6,000 bases of DNA from Octopus sinensis (lineage: Eukaryota): NCBI RefSeq assembly GCF_006345805.1, contig NW_021829750.1, positions 1-6,000 of the forward strand, written 5' to 3'. Positions 1 to 5,735 of this stretch are shown piece after piece (the stretch's first letter is position 1; each line of letters starts with the position of its first letter). Both the position numbers and the translations under genes were made by a program. The notes under the pieces are model-generated. The model made no database searches and had not been told where the DNA came from. It saw nothing but the letters and a program-made list of their open reading frames with translations.

Positions 1-1
1 A

Positions 2-306
2 AAAAAATTCGACCATCAAGATAATGCTCGGCCACACACAGTGAGGATGATATTCCAAAGGCTGGAGAAATTGAATGGGAAACTATGACCCACCCACCAT
101 ATTCGCCGGACATTACCCCATCTGATTATCATTTATTCCGCATTCTTCAACATTATTTGGATGGAAAAAATATGAATTCTGTAGACGAGGTTAGAACATT
201 ACTGGAGGAGTATTTTTCGTCACGGATAAGTGAATTTTGGAAGAGGGGCCTTGCAAGTCTACCAGATAGATGGAAGGGGATTGTAAAAATGAAGATTTTA
301 GATTAA
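2..306 (+). pseudogene. Mariner transposase catalytic domain, C-terminal part, frameshifted
   Basis: Frame 2 reads HQDNARPHTVRMIFQRLEK from 14. A 1-nt loss at ~71-72 shifts to frame 1: EWETMTHPPYSPDITPSDYHLF...RWKGIV. Restoring one base gives exactly 34 residues between the D of QDNA and the last D of YSPDITPSD (DD34D). Stop codon at 304-306. Confidence 0.93.
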
Positions 307-354
307 AAAAGAATTTTGTTTATCTTAATTTTGAAAAATAAAAGAAGTATAAAA

Positions 355-381
355 AACCGCATTATTTATGGGATGACGCAA
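355..381 (-). repeat. Right terminal inverted repeat of the mariner
   Basis: The reverse complement, TTGCGTCATCCCATAAATAATGCGGTT, lies ~50 nt after the transposase stop and abuts TA. Its inner part resembles the recalled Hsmar1 TIR (...TAATTGCGGTT). The partner TIR is outside the window. Confidence 0.75.
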
Positions 382-792
382 TATAATATAATATATGTAT
401 TAAAAAAAACAATCTCTTAAGTCAATTATGTACTCTGTGAGCTTTCTATCTATGGAGACCAGTGAAAGGGAAAACAGCCCATTAAAATAGACTAGCCTGA
501 CATTAAAGAACGCCGCCACCAATACAGGCGAATCTAAAAGATATAAAGTCTAACTAAAGAGACATCATCATGACAAAGGATTATATACCGTTTGTACCTA
601 TCTGCCTGAACTACTCCCAAATACTAACACAAAATTAACGGTGCCCGTAGAGACATTACGAATTTCAGATGATTAAAATCTGAATATTTTACGAAAAAAT
701 ATTTTATATCACAATTTAGAAAAAAAAACAAAACATTATCTCATAAAACCTTTTACAAAGCACTTAATAGCACTCTGATAGCATTTATATAT

Positions 793-1434
793 ACTAATAT
801 ATACTTTTTCATTATTTGTTATCGGCTGAAGAGACTATGGTTTGGTGTATCAGACTCTTTCCATTGAAGGGATAAGAAGTTTACTGTGTTGCAGTTACTG
901 AGCTATGGACGTTGTTGAAGTAGCGATATTTTTTTTAGTGCGACTATAGTTAAACTTGACTGTATTTTTGTTAAAGATTTATTTGCTATGTTTTTCATTC
1001 GAAGTAGCAAGTTTATGTATTTTTCCCAGGAAATTCCTTACTAATGGAAAACGACATTTAAATTAAAAGGTGTCGAATTTGAGACATCATCTTCCCTTCT
1101 CTGAGTTATATTTACACATGTTGATATCGTACATGCATTGCATTTTAACTGAAAGCTACTCTCTGCAAAAGCATGATTGCAATGATAAGCGGTGCTGATG
1201 TAGGAAGCTGCATCGATCGAGATGCTCGACATCTCTATACTAATGTTGCTGACTAGATTTTGTAAGGCTGTGGAATTTCTGACGGAGAGATACGTTTGCT
1301 TGTTTTTAGTTTTAAAGCGATATCCAGGAAATCAACAATTTTAAAATTGGTATTTACACTGATTTTTAGATTTAATCTTTTTTTTAAAAAGGTATCTATT
1401 AAGAGAGGCATACTATAATGAGACCATTTTCTCT
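793..1434 (-). pseudogene. PLE ORF remnant: end of RT, thumb/linker and start of GIY-YIG endonuclease
   Basis: Translates with frameshifts and stops as RENGLIIV..IDTFLKKRLNLKISVNTNFKIVDFLDIAL..LQNLVSNISIEMSSIS..CNHAFAESSF..PFNLNV..IFNKNTVKFNYSRT..CN..YPFNGKS..EKVYIS. The 1041-1232 ORF in the track is part of this remnant. Confidence 0.85.
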
Positions 1435-1646
1435 TTTCTACTCTGAGTACAAAGCCTGAAATTTTTGGGGAGCGGGTCAGTCGATTAGATCGACCCCGGT
1501 ATGCAACTGGTACTTAATTTATTGACCCTGAGAGGATGAAAGGCAAAGTCGACCTCGGCAGAATTTGAACTCAGAACGTAAATACAGACGATATACCACT
1601 AAACATTTCGCCCAGCGTGCTAACGTTTCTGCCAGCTCGCTGCCTT
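1435..1646 (-). mobile_element. tRNA-derived SINE, full length, family A copy 1
   Basis: A-box-like TGGCAGAAACG (1624-1634) and B-box-like AGTTCAAATTC (1561-1571) on the minus strand. Homologous to 1798-2007. Flanked by the perfect direct repeat AGACCATTTTCTCT at 1421-1434 and 1651-1664 (16/18 if extended to 1417 and 1647). Confidence 0.92.
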
Positions 1647-1650
1647 GATC

Positions 1651-1796
1651 AGACCATTTTCTCTATCGCTAAATGGGAATATTTTAGGCGATTCTGTTCT
1701 ACTACTACTACTAACTACTAACAAACTTTTGCTCTGTCGTGCCTACCCATAGCCACATCGAGAAGTCATCACCATTTATAAAATTATTCTCATTAT
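1651..1796 (-). pseudogene. PLE RT remnant between the two opposed SINEs (MGS-type motif up to the catalytic motif)
   Basis: DVAMGRHDRAKVC**LVVVV at 1759 to 1700 matches the recalled DVxMGSxDGAEVCELV motif. It is followed by AGC GAT AGA GAA AAT GGT CT (SDRENGL, resembling LYRDDGL) running into the TSD. Confidence 0.8.
1699..1722. repeat. (CTA)n/(TAG)n microsatellite
   Basis: (CTA)5 at 1699-1713, then ACTACTAAC. Confidence 0.85.
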
Positions 1797-1797
1797 T

Positions 1798-2007
1798 AAG
1801 GCAACGATCAGGCAAAATTGTCAGCATGCCGGACAAAATGCCTAGCAGCATTTCATCCGTCTTTACGTTCTGAATTCAAATTCCACCGAGGTCGACTTTG
1901 TTTTCAATTTTTCGGGGAGATAAAATAGCGATTGAGTACTGGGATCAATGCAATCGTCGAACTCTTCCCCCAGAACTGCTGGCCTTGTGGCAATATTTGG
2001 AATCAAT
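1798..2007 (+). mobile_element. tRNA-derived SINE, family A copy 2, older and more diverged
   Basis: Aligns without gaps to copy 1 over the first 103 nt with 80 matches by my count. Degraded TSD: ATTATTCTCATTAT (1783-1796) vs ATTAGTCTCATTAT (2008-2021), 13/14. Confidence 0.9.
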
Positions 2008-2151
2008 ATTAGTCTCATTATCATTACTATCAGAGACGGAACTACCAAACGCAAAAGCTTTTTGAGGGAAAAGGTTTTGTGATGGAGAGTTAATAGTCCG
2101 CAATATAACAAAAGAACTGAGTGGTTTTCTAGACTTATTTGTCTTTTAGAC
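2008..2151 (-). pseudogene. PLE RT remnant containing the first catalytic-Asp motif region
   Basis: 2110 to 2081 reads TGT TAT ATT GCG GAC TAT TAA CTC TCC ATC. Every codon is identical to, or one substitution from, a codon for F-D-I-V-D-F-Y-P-S-I. It is preceded by LKDK*V*KTT and followed by TKP. Confidence 0.7.
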
Positions 2152-2491
2152 CAATGGTTCTCTACCTTTGGGGTCCACGTAAGAGTATTTTGTTACAATT
2201 TATCTGCAATAATTGGTTATACTTCTATGATACACAAAACTATTTCAATAATGATTTTTATACAGTTTCTAATAATATTTAATTACAAATCATGGTTATA
2301 CTTCTATGATACACAAAACTATTTCAATAATGATTTTTATACAGTTTCTAATAATATTTAATTACAAATCATGGTTATAATTTAACCCTAAAAATATAAG
2401 ATCTTTTTAACATCAAATAGTTAGGTGTGTCCATCCGTGAAAAATAAGAATCAACGGGTCTATAGATGGCAAAAATGGTCGAGAAACACTA
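2152..2491. mobile_element. Non-autonomous hAT (Charlie/MER-like) DNA transposon or MITE
   Basis: Left end CAATGGTTCTCTACC and reverse-complemented right end TAGTGTTTCTCGACC match at 11/15; both resemble the CAGTGGTTCTCAACC hAT terminus. The 8-bp flanks TTTTAGAC (2144-2151) and TTTTATAA (2492-2499) match at 6/8 with a central TA. No coding capacity. Confidence 0.78.
2214..2379. repeat. Perfect 79-bp tandem duplication inside the hAT element
   Basis: 2214-2292 is identical to 2293-2371. The 8-mer TGGTTATA recurs at 2214, 2293 and 2372. Confidence 0.97.
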
Positions 2492-2608
2492 TTTTATAAT
2501 ATGATTCACCTTCTTTTTACAAAAAACTGGTGGTTTGTATAATTTTTCAGTTATTGGAAGCTGAAATACACTTACTTATCATTTCCCCAATTCACTCGTT
2601 AAAGAATA

Positions 2609-2708
2609 AAGTGTCTTGCTCAAGGACACAACGCGTCGCCGGGAGTCGAACTCACAACCTTACGATCACGAGCCGAATGCCCTAACCACTAAGCCACGCG
2701 CCCTCACA
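2609..2708 (-). mobile_element. tRNA-headed CORE-type SINE (family B), 5'-intact and 3'-truncated, with a 13-bp TSD
   Basis: Minus strand shows a tRNA-like head, then TGTGTCCTTGAGCAAGACACTT, which resembles the MIR/CORE motif TGTGACCTTGGGCAAGTCACTT. The exact direct repeat TCGTTAAAGAATA lies at 2596-2608 and 2709-2721. Confidence 0.9.
2642..2696 (-). promoter_or_regulatory. RNA polymerase III type-2 internal promoter (A and B boxes) of the SINE
   Basis: A box TGGCTTAGTGG (2686-2696) and B box GAGTTCGACTCC (2642-2653) are near consensus, with tRNA-like spacing. Activity is unknown. Confidence 0.75.
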
Positions 2709-3124
2709 TCGTTAAAGAATACATATATGGGATTAGCTATTCTTGAGATTAGTTATCCTTCAGTCTTAACCCGGCATTTAACCCTACTATTATATTTGAT
2801 ATGAGTGACCATGCTTCTGTTATTGGTAACGTTTTCTATATGTTAGTATTTGGTAGGGTTACAAACGTTATATGTAAAAAGAAAATTGTTAGTGGCAAAC
2901 TTGTATAGCTTTTTTAGATGTTTTGCTGATATAAACATGTAGTTTCAGTGTTTAAATGTTTTCAGATCTTTTTGTTTATCAAAACTTGAATAATTTTGCG
3001 CAATTACAAATTAATTATATTATAGTAACTTTATATATTTCTCTTATACATATAGTTTTCTGATGGTGTTTTATATTTTGTGTATCTCGCTTTTATAATT
3101 TTATTATGTCTTTTGATTACAATT

Positions 3125-3357
3125 ACACACACACACACACACTACGTGTGTGTCTTTCTGTATACATATATATATATGTGAGTGTGCATGTGTATGTATG
3201 TCTGCACTTATATAATACATATATATATGTTTATATGTATGGTATGATAATATATGTATATATATATATATATATATTATTATATATATATAGATATATA
3301 TATATATACTATATCTATATATACATACATATACACACACACACATACATGTATGTA
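3125..3357. repeat. Compound (AC)n/(TG)n/(TA)n microsatellite block
   Basis: (AC)9 at 3125-3142, then interrupted TG, TATG and TA runs, ending in AC runs. It generates the spurious ORFs 3104-3427 and 3106-3414. Confidence 0.95.
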
Positions 3358-3427
3358 AAATATGAGAACGATAAGATTTTAAAAAAATACCATCGTTGGT
3401 GGCTTGGAGCATAAGCCGTACAGGCAA

Positions 3428-3560
3428 ATATTTAAAAAAAATATATAAAATATATATATATATCTTATATATATTTTATTAATACACACACATGTACACA
3501 CACACACACACACACACACCACACACACCACACACACATATCAAGGTATTATATATATAT
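3428..3560. repeat. AT-rich (TA)n and interrupted (CA)n microsatellite
   Basis: A/T-only stretch at ~3428-3484, CA runs at ~3484-3538, TA run at ~3550-3560. Confidence 0.92.
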
Positions 3561-3586
3561 TGCATATTTTGTGTTTTATATTTTGT

Positions 3587-3730
3587 TGGCTGTGTGGTAA
3601 GTAGCTTGCTAACCAACCACATAGTTTCTGGTTCAGTCTCACCCCGTGGCACCCTGGGTAAGTGTCTTCTACTATAGGCGCGGGTCAACCAAAGCCTTGT
3701 GAGTGGATTTGATAGACGGAAACTGAAAGA
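3587..3730 (+). mobile_element. tRNA-headed CORE-type SINE (family C), partial
   Basis: A-box-like TGGCTGTGTGG (3587-3597), B-box-like GGTTCAGTCTC (3630-3640), and CORE-like GTGGCACCCTGGGTAAGTGTCTT (from 3646). It ends at GACGGAAACTGAAAGA. No TSD is recognisable. The body matches an abundant octopus SINE as I recall it. Confidence 0.85.
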
Positions 3731-3731
3731 C

Positions 3732-3820
3732 AATGATGATGATAATGAAAATTGGGATGGTGATCACGATGGTGGTTACGATGACGTTGATACGATATAT
3801 GGTGTTGAGGATGATGATAC
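3732..3820. repeat. Degenerate (GAT/GGT)n low-complexity tract
   Basis: ATGATGATGATAATG...GATGGTGATCACGATGGTGG...GATGATGATAC, with a decayed 3-nt period. Confidence 0.75.
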
Positions 3821-3898
3821 TAAGACAGTTCTTCATCCACGTGTCTTCTGACTTTGAGCTTCTACTGGAAACAGTTATGATATTATTGCTATTATTGT

Positions 3899-4058
3899 CC
3901 CGGCGAAATCAACTTTGCCTTTCGTCTTGTGGGAGATGACGAAATGCCGTGGCATACCTGTCAATCAGTGGAGTCTGTGTAATCGACAAACATACCTCAC
4001 CGAAAAAAAAAAAATAAATAAAAAGGGCGAAAATTCTGTCCTTGTCTACATTCGAAAC
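3899..4058 (+). mobile_element. Old 3' remnant of a family-A-related SINE with an internal A-rich insert
   Basis: CCCGGCGAAATCAACTTTGCCTTTC resembles CCGAGGTCGACTTTGCCTTTC of copy 1. TGTAATCGAC and AAAATTCTGTCCTTGT align with the family 3' half. An A-rich run lies at ~4002-4024. Confidence 0.65.
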
Positions 4059-5111
4059 GCCTTATTTGGGAAAATGGTTAGGAAGGATGGACCTATTCTA
4101 AGAGTCGGGCAACGCCTCGTATCTTTGGTGGTCAGTGCAGTCCTGACCCTGTAGGGTACATTAACTGCCCTTGGTTGAAGGTTCTCCTATATTCGGAGGG
4201 CAGAATCATTTACGTGTTCACATACTTTGTAATTTATCGATACATTTATCTCATTTCGCCATCTTTTCCATTTCTTTTCCCTCATATTTTATGTAAGCTT
4301 CGACACAAATTGTAAGCCATCCTTCTAATGTCCCACTCATCCATGGCCCTGTAGCAAATAAAACAGTTCCTCTACCCACTCTTTCGTATTGTACTTGTTT
4401 TTCTTGTTCTCCTTGTTGTTGTTGTTGTTGTTGTTGTTATTCTTCTTCTTCTTCTTCTTCTTCTTCTTCTTCTTCTTCTTCTTCTTCCTATTCTTCTTCT
4501 TCCTATTCTTCTTCTTCCTATTCTTTTCATACGCATTAGCATTGTTGATGATGGGCTCTGATTCCATGAAATAGAATAAATGGCCTCACATCCAAGAGTG
4601 AAAGTAGAACTCCGGTTCTGCTCCATATAAAATAACAGAAATTCTTTCAGCTAATGACCAGCTTTATGAACTTCTCTGACTCCCGTCGACATTTATCATT
4701 TCATAATATATTACAGAAATTTCTCGTGGCATATTCCACAGAGTTTCTATTTTGGATATTTATTCTTCAATACATCAAACAATTATTGGAGCTGGAACCA
4801 AATGTCAGATTCTCTCAAATTTCGTTATTAGCATTTGCCTTGTTTATTATGAACGCTTGCATTTGGGAATTGCTTATAGTTAGTTTCCTATGGAACATTA
4901 TACCAAATTGTAGGATAATGACACTCAACTTCGAAGAAGGTTAGATGGAAATGGAATTGGAATTTCTAATGTATTGTCTTTGGCATTGTCTTGTAGTAGC
5001 ACTGTTGTTTTAACATAAACTATACGCCGTTCGTAGATCGATGTTTTATTCCTCCTTTGGGTGGTTCTGTGGAAACGGCCGCGGGGGAAACATACGTCTT
5101 GTATAAAACAA
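4059..5111 (-). pseudogene. Decayed non-LTR retrotransposon ORF2 (RT motif 5 to C-terminal region), probably L2/CR1 group (Daphne/Crack-like)
   Basis: Colinear remnants: LFY+ACAAGACGT (resembling LFYADD, 5111-5092), TEPPKG (SETPEG-like), VYVKTTV (VNxxKTKV-like), YNL/GIMFHRKLT (4904-4878), LFDVL (4782-4768) and RNFCNIL (4724-4704). One frame then runs from 4567 to 4059 with four stops: KEWVEELFYLLQGHG*VGH*..FVSKL..MREKKWKRWRNEINVSINYKVC..RVRTALT. Individual motifs are weak; their order is the evidence. Confidence 0.6.
4413..4523. repeat. Compound triplet repeat (TTG)8 TTA (TTC)16 plus two 15-bp units
   Basis: (TTG)8 at 4413-4436, (TTC)16 at 4440-4487, CTATTCTTCTTCTTC twice at 4488-4517, then CTATTC. 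Confidence 0.97.
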
Positions 5112-5132
5112 CTCCACCATCACTGTTTTACT

Positions 5133-5188
5133 CTGGCATTACGCCATTGCGTCATTACATCATCACTTTACCACACCATTACGTCATC
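5133..5188. repeat. Degenerate 8-bp tandem repeat, consensus about ACGYCATY, seven units
   Basis: CTGGCATT ACGCCATT GCGTCATT ACATCATC ACTTTACC ACACCATT ACGTCATC, all in phase. Confidence 0.6.
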
Positions 5189-5243
5189 ATACACGTTATA
5201 TGAAGAGGCACTCTACGAACATTGATTCATGAAATGTACGGTG

Positions 5244-5321
5244 CATACATATACACACACATGCACGCTCGCATGCATACATACATATTACATACATACA
5301 TATATATACATACATATTGCA

Positions 5322-5362
<41 letters not shown>

Positions 5363-5379
5363 ATACATATATATATATA
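5244..5379. repeat. Compound (CATA)n/(CA)n/(TA)n microsatellite
   Basis: CATA-type runs at 5244-5318, (CA)16 at 5329-5360, TA run to 5379. Confidence 0.95.
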
Positions 5380-5432
5380 GGGTTTATAAATGCGAAGTAG
5401 CTCAGCTTTGAAAACTGTTCTATGAAAATATC

Positions 5433-5475
5433 CATCTATGTATTTGTCTGACTATCTTTCTGTCTATCTGTTTGA

Positions 5476-5534
<59 letters not shown>

Positions 5535-5542
5535 ACTATCTA
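5433..5542. repeat. (TCTA)n tetranucleotide with a degenerate (TCTG)n flank
   Basis: Perfect (TCTA)12 at 5487-5534, with TGTC/TATC variants upstream. Confidence 0.96.
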
Positions 5543-5543
5543 C

Positions 5544-5702
5544 GCATACATATACATAAGTGTGTGTGTATGTTTGTATGTAAATGCATGCATAGACATG
5601 TGTATATATATATATGTATATATACATAGACATTTATGTATGTATGTATGTATGTATGTATGTATGTATGTATGTATGTTTGTTTGTTTGCATATATGTA
5701 TG
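5544..5702. repeat. Compound TG/TA, (TATG)11 and (TTTG)3 microsatellite
   Basis: (TATG)11 at 5635-5678 and (TTTG)3 at 5679-5690, with mixed TG/TA runs upstream. Confidence 0.96.
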
Positions 5703-5735
5703 GATATATTCAAACGAATGGAGAGGAAAATTGAA

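Larger units (their letters stand above)
1..383 (+). mobile_element. Mariner (Tc1/mariner, DD34D) DNA transposon, 3' end; continues left of the window
   Basis: Transposase C-terminus, then an AT-rich 3' UTR, then a TIR-like terminus at 355-381 followed by TA at 382-383, the mariner target dinucleotide. Confidence 0.93.
793..2990 (-). mobile_element. Decayed Penelope-like retroelement (RT plus C-terminal GIY-YIG start), interrupted by four insertions
   Basis: Minus-strand motifs fall in the expected colinear order once the insertions are removed: LKD (2755-2763), SELGK (2582-2596), FDIVDFYPSI-like (2081-2110), DVAMG..D.A.VC (1721-1759), YRDDGL-like, VDFLDIAL (1313-1336), LQNLVSNIS (1239-1265), PFNLNV (1053-1070), IFNKNTVKFNYS (943-978), PFNGK (857-871), EKVYIS (793-810). 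The outer boundaries, especially beyond ~2800, are approximate. Confidence 0.85.
2492..2990 (-). pseudogene. PLE pre-RT/N-terminal RT remnant, split by the SINE at 2609-2708
   Basis: LKDN* (resembling LKDHK), NPIYVFFN (resembling NPKCRLIN) and SELGK..ISKCI; a weaker MFISA-K (resembling FxxADK) lies near 2920-2938. More decayed than the downstream pieces. Confidence 0.55.

Noticed and set aside
824-870. CTGAAGAG as the hammerhead ribozyme expected near PLE termini
   Set aside because: There is no stem II followed by GAAA and no cleavage triplet, and it lies antisense within the PLE coding remnant. No hammerhead core was found elsewhere in the window by eye.
1011-1030. Strong-looking splice acceptor TTTATGTATTTTTCCCAG/G
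   Set aside because: All three frames close within about 40 nt and it is antisense PLE sequence. There is no evidence of use.
2214-2379. Direct repeats as a CRISPR array
   Set aside because: Two abutting 79-bp units with no spacers, in eukaryotic repeat context, and no cas genes.
2640-2708. tRNA gene
   Set aside because: The anticodon stem is imperfect, there is no proper acceptor stem, and it runs into a CORE-like sequence between TSDs. It is a SINE head.
2778-2862. TTAA-CCCTAC...GTAGGG-TTAC as a piggyBac-type MITE
   Set aside because: The inverted match is only 9 bp, the right TTAA is imperfect, and the interval lies within the PLE coding remnant. Chance is sufficient.
4654-4944. 96-aa hydrophobic plus-strand ORF as a membrane protein
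   Set aside because: It is the antisense reading of the A-rich LINE remnant, which yields T-rich hydrophobic codons. There is no other support.
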